Shown here piece by piece: positions 48,803 through 58,217 of a stretch of 64,000 bases of DNA. The DNA is from a virus (taxonomy: Duplodnaviria > Caudoviricetes). Position numbers and translations under genes: made by a program. The stretch's first letter is position 1. The number at the start of each line of letters is the position of its first letter. The notes beneath the pieces were generated by a model. That model made no database searches. It worked only from the letters and a program-made list of their open reading frames with translations, and was not told the origin of the DNA. The stretch is taken from IMG/VR virus record IMGVR_UViG_3300030372_001589, positions 6,524-70,523 of that record. One strand, 5' to 3'.

Positions 48803-48981
48803 TCTGCATCACCTAATGGCGTTATTTCAAATGGCAATTGCCAAATTGTTTCCGTTCTGTTATTTAGCAAAAATTGAATAGCATCATATTCATCTTGATG
48901 ATGCTGACTATTTTCTCTCATAATATCTAAATAACTTATTATTTCATCTAACACTTCTGCTTTTAATTTTACTTCATTCAT
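48799..48981 (-). CDS. Hypothetical protein
   Basis: 60 aa, overlaps at both ends. Confidence 0.5.
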   Translation of the reverse strand: MNEVKLKAEVLDEIISYLDIMRENSQHHQDEYDAIQFLLNNRTETIWQLPFEITPLGDAE

Positions 48982-49246
48982 TTTTTTTCACCTTAAATTT
49001 ATTTTCTCTTGCTATTTGGCAACACACTCTAATTTTTTGGGTGGAGTGTAAATTCCAAAATTCATCATTTTCCCAACCAAACTTTACTTCAACATATCTG
49101 CAAAGTTCTCTTCTCGACATTTTTTCAAAATCATCGTCAATCTCTATTCCAAGAATAGGGCCACCTTCGTTCTTTAGAAAAGAATCTAAAATAACATAGA
49201 CCCTTCCCATTAAACCAATTGTTTTTCTAAGCATCCATTGTATCAT
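48974..49246 (-). CDS. Hypothetical protein
   Basis: 90 aa, GAGGTG SD. Confidence 0.55.
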   Translation of the reverse strand: MIQWMLRKTIGLMGRVYVILDSFLKNEGGPILGIEIDDDFEKMSRRELCRYVEVKFGWENDEFWNLHSTQKIRVCCQIARENKFKVKKNE

Positions 49247-49333
49247 CTATATACACCTCTTCAACATAGTCCATAAAATGTCCCTTGTATTTTACTAATC
49301 CTAATCTGTATAGAATTGCTCTAATAAACTTCC

Positions 49334-49675
49334 TCATTCTTCTTCACCACCAATGCAAACCCAACCTTTATTCATATCAGCATCAATATAAGTATAAACA
49401 TGAGTTTCAAAGAACTCTTTTAGTTTCTTATCCTTATGGCCTTTCTTTCCCCAAAAGACACCTTTAGTTTTCTTTTGGTTCTTATCATTAGGATGCCTTA
49501 ACTGATGGTTAGCCTGTCTTTCTCTAAGAGTCATAGGTTTAACATAACCCGAAGACATAACCATTACAGTTTCACCATTCCTTCTTACCTTTGTATAAAC
49601 TGTTTGAGTATTCGCTGGCCTACCCTTATATTGTCTAACTGCATTATTTCCGCTTTTTAGTTTTGAAAATCTCAT
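49334..49675 (-). CDS. Basic hypothetical protein
   Basis: 113 aa, ATGA overlap with the JAB gene. Confidence 0.55.
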   Translation of the reverse strand: MRFSKLKSGNNAVRQYKGRPANTQTVYTKVRRNGETVMVMSSGYVKPMTLRERQANHQLRHPNDKNQKKTKGVFWGKKGHKDKKLKEFFETHVYTYIDADMNKGWVCIGGEEE

Positions 49676-50145
49676 TCTTCTTCATCTCCTTTTTTAGTCC
49701 AAGTTTGTGTTCTTTCGTATTCATGGTTACGGTATATATCCAATAGATAAGGTAATTCTTGATTCCAAGAACCATAATGCCCATCTCCACCTAACACATA
49801 AGCCGTTTTCATTAATGGTTGCCAAATACTAACTGTTCTAATATCAGTTCCACTGAAATAAGCACTACCAAATGGGTGTGTATGAATCCAACATTTAATC
49901 GGTAACTTCATTCCAACAGGGTCAATTTGAAAATCAACATAACCTGCTGAACCCGATGAAATGTGAATAGCATCATTAGAGTCAATAACAACTTGAACCT
50001 CTAAACCATTCAGTATTTTAGTTGAAGCATACCATATATGCTCAAATAATTCATCTATTTTCATTCCTTGTTCATAATAAGCATCAATATGTTGTTCTGC
50101 TTCTATTCTGGCTATATTTAATTCAGTTTCAAAATCTTCATTCAT
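49672..50145 (-). CDS. JAB/MPN+ (JAMM) metalloprotease
   Basis: Upstream EVQ Glu plus WIHTHP...FSGTD (HxH-x7-SxxD). Confidence 0.9.
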   Translation of the reverse strand: MNEDFETELNIARIEAEQHIDAYYEQGMKIDELFEHIWYASTKILNGLEVQVVIDSNDAIHISSGSAGYVDFQIDPVGMKLPIKCWIHTHPFGSAYFSGTDIRTVSIWQPLMKTAYVLGGDGHYGSWNQELPYLLDIYRNHEYERTQTWTKKGDEEE

Positions 50146-51205
50146 TTATTTCAACTCCCATTTTCTTCAATTTTCTTTGGGCCTTTGCTAGTTTCTTCTC
50201 TAGCCGCCCTTGCTTTTTAGCGTTTCTCTTAGCCTTCCAACGCTTGAGTAGCGAAGGTTTCTTCTCCGGCTTCATATTATCCTCTAACTGATTCTTAATC
50301 TCGGTGGCCTTCATAAGCAACGATTTACTTTCAGCATATGTAAAATCAAAGTGCTTTTCGACATGCTTTGCAATCACCCAATACGGGCGACCAAACATAT
50401 TCCTTGCATCATCAATTGTCAAAGAATGCCACATTACCAAAGCATTTAATGATTCATCATAAGTCCACGCTTTATGTGTATTAGGATAATCAGTGCTTTC
50501 GTTGTTTAGGCGATTTAATGGTGTTCGCTTATCAATCACTTTTTCCACAACAGGGCTTTTGTCTTCTTTAAGAGTATATGTACCATCCTTTCTAACTGTC
50601 TTAATAGACGGTGTTAGTTCTTTTAAGTTTCTTATCCATCTTTCACGACACGCTCTAGGAGTTCTATTCAGATTAGGAGGAAAACCTTGTTCTCCGTCTT
50701 TATGCTCATTCATCCATTCAACCAAAATATAATCCTCTTTACTCGACCAACGGATTGAATTACCTTGATATAGCAAATTATTTTGTTTGTCTGGCTTTTT
50801 AATTTCTGCAAGGGATTGTTTTTCTAACAAATTAATCTGTTCCGCCGCAGTTTGTTTATTAAACTCTCCACGCTTAGAAGAATCAACTAATTCTTGAGTT
50901 AACTTTCTAATTCCTTCAACAGTACCATTAGGTAAAGTCATAGCGGCAATATATCTGCATTGTTTTCTTGTAGCAGGGTCAGACCTCCAATCAGTTTTCT
51001 TTGTTTCTTTGACATCTTCTGAATCACCAAACGATAATTCATATTCTTTAATGTACTTTCTAATCGTTTGTCCGTAATTATCAGCACTTCTAACAGGATG
51101 CCCTTCTTTCTCCATTTGTTTCTTAATACTAGGCCACGACATTTTTTCCTGTAATCGCAAATATGCGGCTCTCATTATTTGTTCTGTTGTCCATTTCATT
51201 TTCAT
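50138..51205 (-). CDS. Multi-domain protein with Myb/SANT-like repeats
   Basis: WTTEQ, WSSKEDYIL...RTPRACRERW, WTYDE; PAT-x-KQ helical module. Confidence 0.65.
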   Translation of the reverse strand: MKMKWTTEQIMRAAYLRLQEKMSWPSIKKQMEKEGHPVRSADNYGQTIRKYIKEYELSFGDSEDVKETKKTDWRSDPATRKQCRYIAAMTLPNGTVEGIRKLTQELVDSSKRGEFNKQTAAEQINLLEKQSLAEIKKPDKQNNLLYQGNSIRWSSKEDYILVEWMNEHKDGEQGFPPNLNRTPRACRERWIRNLKELTPSIKTVRKDGTYTLKEDKSPVVEKVIDKRTPLNRLNNESTDYPNTHKAWTYDESLNALVMWHSLTIDDARNMFGRPYWVIAKHVEKHFDFTYAESKSLLMKATEIKNQLEDNMKPEKKPSLLKRWKAKRNAKKQGRLEKKLAKAQRKLKKMGVEINE

Positions 51206-51771
51206 ACATTCACCACCATAAAGGATTTTACTTCTTCTTCATTAAACCATCTTTGAATCCATTGTGCGCCAATACCTGCAATAACAACTTGCATGAAATG
51301 AACGCCACTATTGCTACCATCCCAAGAATCGCCTTGGCAACTGAATGAGCCTTCCGGCCCTGCTAACAATGTATCATACATTTTAGGGTCAGCGTCATAA
51401 GTCACAAAAGCACCATTACGGCCTTGCGCTCTTAAATCCAACCACTTAACATTTGAATTGTATAATGTTCTTCTAACTGATAAGTTATCAACACAACATA
51501 CAACTAAATCATATCCTTGCATCTGTTTAGCAGTTAGGATAGGATATTGGGAACCGCCTTTAATACTGCGATACCTATTTCCCATAACCGATGCTTTGTT
51601 TTCTCCTACATCTTCTTTAGTAAAATTCTGATATGTTAGATTCTTAGTTTCGACCTTATCGGGGTCTGCCACTGAAATATCATACATCTTCACTTTATCT
51701 AATAGGGGTACTAGGAAACTCCCAATACCACCTACGCCTATAATCAATACTTTTCTCTTCATTTTATTCAC
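51202..51771 (-). CDS. ThiF/MoeB/E1-like adenylating enzyme
   Basis: IIGVGGIG, DPDKVETKNL, DVGENKA, CCVDN..VR, LDLR; SCQ in the crossover loop. Confidence 0.9.
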   Translation of the reverse strand: MNKMKRKVLIIGVGGIGSFLVPLLDKVKMYDISVADPDKVETKNLTYQNFTKEDVGENKASVMGNRYRSIKGGSQYPILTAKQMQGYDLVVCCVDNLSVRRTLYNSNVKWLDLRAQGRNGAFVTYDADPKMYDTLLAGPEGSFSCQGDSWDGSNSGVHFMQVVIAGIGAQWIQRWFNEEEVKSFMVVNV

Positions 51772-51991
51772 CTCTATTAATAATTTTTTTATCTAACAGT
51801 TCATCGTAATTTTCCATCCAATTACTCAAAACCTTAATTGCTTTTCTTCGGCCTAAACCAAATACTGATTCTAAATATGGAGAAGCACCAAACATATTGG
51901 TTTCTCCACTTTGTCGTAATTCTTCTAAATACACATAGTATTCAATCCATTCTTCATTTATCATTCTAATCTCTCCAAATTTGCATTCCAT
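51764..51991 (-). CDS. Conserved viral hypothetical protein (SGxTNMF motif)
   Basis: LEELRQSGETNMFGASPYL; family identity (DUF5049-like) is tentative. Confidence 0.6.
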   Translation of the reverse strand: MECKFGEIRMINEEWIEYYVYLEELRQSGETNMFGASPYLESVFGLGRRKAIKVLSNWMENYDELLDKKIINRGE

Positions 51992-52602
51992 TTCTTATTG
52001 TACGAATCTATTTCTTCGTTGTATTTTATCTTGTAATGGTCTTTAGGCCACCATTCGGGCATTCTGTTTTTTCTCCATTCAGCAAACTTCCATTTGCCTT
52101 CAAGATAATAATGTCTGTAAGATTTGATTACAAAGTCCCAAGCATTGTCGTGCATAACTTTTCCTCTATCTAATCTATACTTATCATCCATAGCGATAGT
52201 TACCGGCGTAGCCTTTTTCCAATTAGTGCTGGTTGTTATCTTATGTGCTACATCTAATATCCTCTCTCTTGAGCCATGCGTCTTTTCGTAGCGATGTGTA
52301 TATTCATCACAAAGAGCGATTCCATGCCTGTATAACCATTGAGAATTATGAGGGGTTTGTCTAGCCCATATTGTCGAAGGATGATTTAACATAGCAGGTT
52401 TCATTAGGTTTGAACCAATATCTCGATGAAATTCTTTTAATTGAGCAAGAGTCGGTTCTTCGCCGTAATGCTCAATATAATCAAAAAATAAAGCATTTGT
52501 ATGTAACATCTGACAAGTTTCTGTTGGCATTTTAACTACATGTTTATCTAACATTTGTTGTGCCGCTTCTCTTGGGCATTCTGATAATGCAAATATATTC
52601 AT
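51961..52602 (-). CDS. Pyrimidine-dimer DNA glycosylase (T4 endonuclease V)-related protein
   Basis: MNIF.L...AA...DKHVVKM..E..QML; NHPSTIWARQ. Confidence 0.75.
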   Translation of the reverse strand: MNIFALSECPREAAQQMLDKHVVKMPTETCQMLHTNALFFDYIEHYGEEPTLAQLKEFHRDIGSNLMKPAMLNHPSTIWARQTPHNSQWLYRHGIALCDEYTHRYEKTHGSRERILDVAHKITTSTNWKKATPVTIAMDDKYRLDRGKVMHDNAWDFVIKSYRHYYLEGKWKFAEWRKNRMPEWWPKDHYKIKYNEEIDSYNKKWNANLERLE

Positions 52603-52721
52603 TTTTCTGCCTCCGTTAAACCTAATCCTAGTTGTTTATACAACCAATCAATGAAATTTTCATCATTCATGTTTTGCTGTACGCATTCTATACATTCTAT
52701 TGCTTTGTTATAATGATTCAT
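52599..52721 (-). CDS. 40-aa hypothetical protein (not in ORF track)
   Basis: GGAGGA SD; MNHYNKAIECIEC...; ATGA overlap. Confidence 0.5.
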   Translation of the reverse strand: MNHYNKAIECIECVQQNMNDENFIDWLYKQLGLGLTEAEK

Positions 52722-52859
52722 TGAAATTTCCTCCTTGCTTCTTCATATATCTTGTATGTGTCTTTACGACCCAAAAGAGTCTGCTGTTTACAATACTCCT
52801 TTCTTTTGTTATTTGTACTAACATAGGTATTCAGAAAATCCTTTTTCCAATATCTATGT

Positions 52860-53753
52860 TCACTCGTTGGTATTACTTCTCTCATTCTTACTGTCATTTA
52901 TATCACCATATTCTATTACATCTCGGCCTTTAATTTCGGACATTTTATTATATCCTAACATTTGAATTAATTTTTTACTTGTCTTTCCTATTGCTGATAA
53001 GGAAATACCTGTGCTTTCAGAAATATCATTTCTTGTTACACCATAATATCTAAACATATTTGTTGCTACCCAGCATACACTTGCGTAATATGCCTTTGAT
53101 TTATGATAACAATTATGTTCTATAATAGGTTCTAATTTCAACAGCAAATCCATAGCATTAGAATAGAACATTACCTCATCAGTAATCTTAGAGCAAGTTT
53201 GCTTGAGCATAAATGAAGGGTCTGCACCATAAAGAATATTTTTATTCTTAAAATGATGAATCATTTTTTGCACTAATCTATTTACTATCCTTGTTGAACA
53301 AGAGTATTGCGAACACAATTTCTTCATAGGAATAGGGGTTCTATTCTCTTTAAGTACATAAAAGACAGTAGCAGTACATCTAGCCTCTAACTTTATTTTA
53401 CCAAAAAGACCTTTCTTCTGTGCTTCTAAATAGCATTCCTTAACTCTATCTTTAAGAGGGTGGTCTATTTGAATAGAGGATAAAATCATATTACAGGTAC
53501 GGAGTCCTGCTGAAATATGTTTAGGGATAGTGTTATTCATCCCTCTTTTATTAAACTTGTAAGAACCCTTTCCTGTTATAATGGAACCTAATTCTCCCCT
53601 TTCGGCAGAATGAACAATGTTTCCATCATTTACCATTCTAACAGTTTCTTCAAACAATTCAGTAACGACTACTAAGCCACAATCGCTACATTCTGTTTCT
53701 CCTAATCTTTCATTATAGTTAAATACTAAACAACCACATTCACTGCATTTCAT
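52860..53753 (-). CDS. tfb: Transcription initiation factor B (TFB/TFIIB) homolog
   Basis: CxxC-x15-CxxC ribbon, two cyclin-fold repeats, C-terminal HTH TRNDISESTGIS. Confidence 0.85.
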   Translation of the reverse strand: MKCSECGCLVFNYNERLGETECSDCGLVVVTELFEETVRMVNDGNIVHSAERGELGSIITGKGSYKFNKRGMNNTIPKHISAGLRTCNMILSSIQIDHPLKDRVKECYLEAQKKGLFGKIKLEARCTATVFYVLKENRTPIPMKKLCSQYSCSTRIVNRLVQKMIHHFKNKNILYGADPSFMLKQTCSKITDEVMFYSNAMDLLLKLEPIIEHNCYHKSKAYYASVCWVATNMFRYYGVTRNDISESTGISLSAIGKTSKKLIQMLGYNKMSEIKGRDVIEYGDINDSKNERSNTNE

Positions 53754-55005
53754 TAAAATCAACTCTTATCGTATTTTTATCATTACAAATATATCTATTA
53801 ATCGTGCTAACTATCTGCACGGTCATTACATCATTAAAAAGTGCTAACGCCCTTGCTACAAATTGGTCGCCTAAAGAAGAACCGCTTGACATATTATCAA
53901 TACATATTGGGCCTTTCCATTTAGGTTCATTAGTTGGTTTTGGTGGCATTTTGATTTCATCTTCATTACTATTGTCAATAGCCCCTACATCGGGAGGAAG
54001 ACTTCTTAATATTTCTTCACATTCTTCATGCCACTTTTGCATTCGTGCGGCGAAGTGTATTTCATTATCGGGTGTTGAATAAACAAATGTTGAAACCATC
54101 TGAATATCTGATTTATATTTGTTATTCGTAAGTTTCCAATCCCAACCTTTACCACGAACATACATAGTAACAGGTTCATCCTCTTCATAGATTACTTTTA
54201 GCCTATCAGGATATTTTGCCGCCATTTCTCTAACTAATTGTTTAGCCCTATCTTCGACAATATCCTGTTGCCTGTTTTGTTTCAGAAATTCAATCATTAA
54301 TTTACTATCTGAAACCTTTGGTTTAACTCCCACTGTTCTTTCATAAAGAGTTTCGGGAGGGCAAAACATCCATTTTTTACTTCGCTTTTTACCATGAAGA
54401 TAATAAGCACAAAACGATTCTAACTCTTTATTAGTCATAGTACCCCAAATACCATCACTAACTTCAATTGCTATTTCATTATTGCTAATCTGTTGACAAT
54501 TCAGCCTAACATTAGTTCGTTTGAAATCATCAAAGAAATGAAATGGTACTCTATTTTCTAGACAATACTTTACATCTTCGGGAATACTTAGAGAGGCATA
54601 CAATCCTTTCATAAGTTTATTCACATCTTTTTCAAAACAAGATTTGAAAGTAACTCTAGCCAAAGCAGAGGAAATAGTATGCAAAGTTTCGGTTTTACCA
54701 TTTAGTGTATATCTATTTCCTTTTTTTCCTAGTGCTATTAAACAACCGCCAATATCAATCACTTCATTAAAATCTATCGAGGGTATATCTAAATACAAAC
54801 CATACCTACGATAATGACCTCTTCTTTGGCTTCTAAGATTAGAAGCGAAGAAGGAAGTTATTGCCGAATGTATAGGGTCTTTCGCATTTCTATCGGATTG
54901 TATCGGTACTTCTCTAGTTGACATAACTAGATTGCTTCTAATTTCCGTAGTCCAATAGTTTCTTGAATCGTCTGGCCTCTTTATTCTTATTGTTAATTTA
55001 TTCAT
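53740..55005 (-). CDS. Hypothetical protein with candidate E2-like C-terminal domain
   Basis: VSTFVY...KGPICIDNM...ALALFND resembles the E2 GxICLD active-site region. Confidence 0.5.
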   Translation of the reverse strand: MNKLTIRIKRPDDSRNYWTTEIRSNLVMSTREVPIQSDRNAKDPIHSAITSFFASNLRSQRRGHYRRYGLYLDIPSIDFNEVIDIGGCLIALGKKGNRYTLNGKTETLHTISSALARVTFKSCFEKDVNKLMKGLYASLSIPEDVKYCLENRVPFHFFDDFKRTNVRLNCQQISNNEIAIEVSDGIWGTMTNKELESFCAYYLHGKKRSKKWMFCPPETLYERTVGVKPKVSDSKLMIEFLKQNRQQDIVEDRAKQLVREMAAKYPDRLKVIYEEDEPVTMYVRGKGWDWKLTNNKYKSDIQMVSTFVYSTPDNEIHFAARMQKWHEECEEILRSLPPDVGAIDNSNEDEIKMPPKPTNEPKWKGPICIDNMSSGSSLGDQFVARALALFNDVMTVQIVSTINRYICNDKNTIRVDFNEMQ

Positions 55006-55009
55006 TGTA

Positions 55010-55177
55010 TCACATCATGTAACTATTATCATTTATATTATTAGCACATTCTTTATGTATTTCTTTTTTCATGTCTTCCGGTAAAAGTAATTGCCCTCCA
55101 CAAACCCTACATTTTGTGGCTACTCGCTTTTTATACGACCAAGGGCTTTTTGTGTATTCGGGATTTTTTTCTTTCAT
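55010..55177 (-). CDS. 55-aa Zn-finger protein (not in ORF track)
   Basis: CRVCGG...HKEC; ATGA overlap upstream. Confidence 0.6.
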   Translation of the reverse strand: MKEKNPEYTKSPWSYKKRVATKCRVCGGQLLLPEDMKKEIHKECANNINDNSYMM

Positions 55178-55518
55178 TCAAACCACCTTTTCATTATATC
55201 ACAAATATTACAGTTATAGAAATCAGTACAGTTTTTATCATGGTATTGTAGGGCTTCGTGTCTTTCTGTAAAGGCTTTTCTCGCATAATCAGTAAAGCCT
55301 ATTTCCACCGCTTCGGGTATTTCCCATAATACTATTTTAACTGTCTGCCACAGCCTGTATTTTTTTTCTATTTCAGTTTCTAAACCGGCACAAGCGTCAA
55401 GTGCTAATTTAATTTTCTTTTTAGCAGAATCAGACCACGCATTATCATAAGAGATTATGACTCTTGAAAAGTCAATAAAACTCATATGGCGAATGGGCCT
55501 AATTCTGCGTGATTTCAT
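55174..55518 (-). CDS. Hypothetical protein
   Basis: 114 aa, AGGTGA SD; C-terminal H..C..C..C. Confidence 0.55.
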   Translation of the reverse strand: MKSRRIRPIRHMSFIDFSRVIISYDNAWSDSAKKKIKLALDACAGLETEIEKKYRLWQTVKIVLWEIPEAVEIGFTDYARKAFTERHEALQYHDKNCTDFYNCNICDIMKRWFE

Positions 55519-55526
55519 TTAATCAC

Positions 55527-57389
55527 CTAAATTTCACAAGCACCACCGGCACAGGCTAATTCACCTGTTAGGTTAGTATCATCTTGTTCTTCTTTGATTT
55601 TTGTTAAATCAATTTTTGTTAGAGTTAACATCATTTCATTATATGTTTCCTCATCAATCGTTTCAAACGGTGCTTGTTTGTAAGTGCCACCATCATAAGG
55701 CAATACAGATAGACCGTTGTAATAATGCCTATTCATCCAAAGCCAATCTCCTACATCATCCCATTCATCTTCTTTTACAGAAATGGTTGCAGAAACATTA
55801 TGGCTATTTAGTCCATCAATATGTCCTGTTCTAACCCAACGAATACTAAAGTTTTTCACTCTTTCTAATAAATCAAATACTGATTCATGTCGAGTTATTG
55901 CATCTTCGGGTGATTTTTGAGGAATAGAAATAACAGCCTGTTCTTCGGGATTGAAATATTCATCCTCAACTAATTCGGGATGATTATTCAATAGATAAGA
56001 ATAGATTGCTTCATTCTTGCCTACTCTAATTCTTCTCATGTAGTAGTTATCGTGCCAAGCATGAATACCACTACTTGTACCTAATACAAGAGAAGTGGTT
56101 CCGGCGGGTTTTACACAAGTAATTCTAGCCGCAGGTTTTACTCCAATGATTTTAGCAATACGCTTGTTTTCCTGTTTAGCGGCAAATGAAGCCATTTCTA
56201 AATCTAAACCTTCAACAACATTAGAAGCAATACCTGTCATAGATACACCAAGCAAAGAATCCTTTTCGGTATTCTTTCTCCATATCTCTCTTAGATAATG
56301 AAAATCAGTATATCCGGCTTGAAGCGTTCCTAAGAATGCCGCCGCTTTTACTCTTGATTCTAAATCTGCTTGGTCTTCAACATCAGAAGCATTTACTTCT
56401 GTTAAATTACAAAACTGATATGGTCGCAAAGCGATTTCACAACAAGGATTAGTTCCCCAATCTTTATCATTACTGAAATAAACTGCTGGTTCACCACTAC
56501 CACTATGTTGTATTCTTTCCCATAGACCCATGAAAAACTCTCTAGTTACTCTATGTCTAAGAATAACTGCTGAATTGTTAGCACGGCCTCTTTGTGGGTT
56601 ATTCTCCCACCAATTACCGGACTTACAACTAATCATCTTTGAATCATCAGCACTGAATAAACTAATCATAGCGGCCCTACGAATACCACCGGCTAACACT
56701 GCATCTGCTAAATAACACATAATATCATGTGCTTCAATAGATTCTAATTTAGAACCATTAGTTTTATTTTGAAGTATTCCTTCTATTTTAACTAAACATT
56801 CCCTTAATGGCTGAAAACCGGGTGCTTTTCCGCCACTAGTCTTTAATAAAGTTCCTTTTGGTCTAATATCAGAATAATCAAAAATAGGGCTACTACTCCT
56901 AGTTCCGGTATAACATTCCAAAAGGATTCTAATTGAATCAGCCCATCCCTCAATAGAATCGCTAATAAGATACCTGCGTTTTCTTTCGGGATTAGGTTGC
57001 TGAATCTCCGGTAATTGCTCAATATGGTGTCGTTGGACTGAATATCCAACCCCCGTTCCACCGAGAAGCAAGAACATAGCCTCGCTAAAAGATAAAAGGG
57101 AATCAATAGGCATATAAGCACAATTATAAACCCTATTTGGACTAATCTCAATAGGCTTACCCCCAAATTGCATAGACCGCATAGAAGGGAGGACTTTTTT
57201 TGTTTTAACGAATTTTTCATATATTTCACCTATTTCTTTTGTTAATTCTGGATATTTCTTAATGTGCATGTTACGGTTTCTTTCAACTATTTCGTTCCAT
57301 GTTTCTCTTCTTTTCTTTGCTGGTAAATACCTTGCATATTTCATATGCACTGTAATATCAGACAATGTTTCAATTGCTGTATTTGTCAT
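55527..57389 (-). CDS. nrdJ: Class II (B12-dependent, monomeric-type) ribonucleotide reductase
   Basis: YNCAY, TNPCCEI, TCVKPAGT, C-terminal CAGGAC; no nrdB in the window. Confidence 0.85.
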   Translation of the reverse strand: MTNTAIETLSDITVHMKYARYLPAKKRRETWNEIVERNRNMHIKKYPELTKEIGEIYEKFVKTKKVLPSMRSMQFGGKPIEISPNRVYNCAYMPIDSLLSFSEAMFLLLGGTGVGYSVQRHHIEQLPEIQQPNPERKRRYLISDSIEGWADSIRILLECYTGTRSSSPIFDYSDIRPKGTLLKTSGGKAPGFQPLRECLVKIEGILQNKTNGSKLESIEAHDIMCYLADAVLAGGIRRAAMISLFSADDSKMISCKSGNWWENNPQRGRANNSAVILRHRVTREFFMGLWERIQHSGSGEPAVYFSNDKDWGTNPCCEIALRPYQFCNLTEVNASDVEDQADLESRVKAAAFLGTLQAGYTDFHYLREIWRKNTEKDSLLGVSMTGIASNVVEGLDLEMASFAAKQENKRIAKIIGVKPAARITCVKPAGTTSLVLGTSSGIHAWHDNYYMRRIRVGKNEAIYSYLLNNHPELVEDEYFNPEEQAVISIPQKSPEDAITRHESVFDLLERVKNFSIRWVRTGHIDGLNSHNVSATISVKEDEWDDVGDWLWMNRHYYNGLSVLPYDGGTYKQAPFETIDEETYNEMMLTLTKIDLTKIKEEQDDTNLTGELACAGGACEI

Positions 57390-57391
57390 GT

Positions 57392-57763
57392 TTAACACCT
57401 ATATTTGCTGGCTTTAGGTAATTGGAATAGAGTTGAAAAGGAAGAGAGCCACTCTCCTTTTTTGCTAATTACCCACTCTTTCTCTATGACGAACTCCCAT
57501 TCGTCAAAACTATTAATTGCAAAAGGGCATTCTTCTAGTAAAACACTAACAGAAGAATACTCCTTTTTATTGAATAAGATTTTTGTTTCACCGGAGGCAT
57601 ATATTACACCGTATTTTCCACGACCTATAATATATCCTTCGGGATAGAAGTCTGGCGTAAAAACCGCCACTTCATTTTGAATTATCGGCTCTGTTAGATT
57701 CCAACCGTTTAACTCAAATAATATTTTTAATGCTTCGGGTGACATAAAATGTTTAAGATTCAT
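57392..57763 (-). CDS. Hypothetical protein
   Basis: ORF in operon context upstream of RNR. Confidence 0.55.
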   Translation of the reverse strand: MNLKHFMSPEALKILFELNGWNLTEPIIQNEVAVFTPDFYPEGYIIGRGKYGVIYASGETKILFNKKEYSSVSVLLEECPFAINSFDEWEFVIEKEWVISKKGEWLSSFSTLFQLPKASKYRC

Positions 57764-57777
57764 ACTTACCACACTAC

Positions 57778-57820
57778 AAAAAGGGGAAGGAACAAGGCCG
57801 ATAAGACCTCATTCCTCCCC
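57778..57820 (-). terminator. Hairpin + T5 terminator downstream of the Ubl gene
   Basis: Minus strand GGGGAGGAA...TTCCTTCCCC followed by TTTTT. Confidence 0.6.
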
Positions 57821-57852
57821 CAATGTAGCAAAGTATAGTTTGGTTTATGAAT

Positions 57853-58053
57853 CTAACCGCCAACTATTGCTGGCGTTAAATCGACTGATTCAACAGTGTC
57901 CCAATTAATCTCTCCAATAGTTTCTCTAGACATCATTTCGCCATTGATAAACACCCAATGTGTCGGGTGCGTATCAATCTGCTCAATTACTTCATCAGAA
58001 GCCATTATCAATTCGGTGTGTCCTGTTTCATTCAAAATTGTCAACTTAATCAT
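57853..58053 (-). CDS. Ubiquitin-like (ThiS/SAMP-type beta-grasp) protein ending in GG
   Basis: 66 aa; VFINGEMMSRE...VDLTPAIVGG-stop; GGAG SD. Confidence 0.85.
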   Translation of the reverse strand: MIKLTILNETGHTELIMASDEVIEQIDTHPTHWVFINGEMMSRETIGEINWDTVESVDLTPAIVGG

Positions 58054-58217
58054 TCTATCATCTCCGTTCTATTCTTTCCATGTTCTGTCTGCCTATAAAG
58101 GGAGTCATTTGTCATCCTCATTTCCCCCGATGGCTAAAGCGGCCAAAGGCCAAATCATTGTTGAAGCCGCTACTACGGCTACTGTTCCTACTATTAATTC
58201 CTTCATTATTCCCATAT

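Noticed and set aside
51202-58053. Thiamine-biosynthesis auxiliary genes (ThiS/ThiF)
   Set aside because: No ThiG/ThiH/ThiO/ThiE in the window, while a JAB protease and an E2 candidate are present; conjugation or tRNA sulfur relay fits better.
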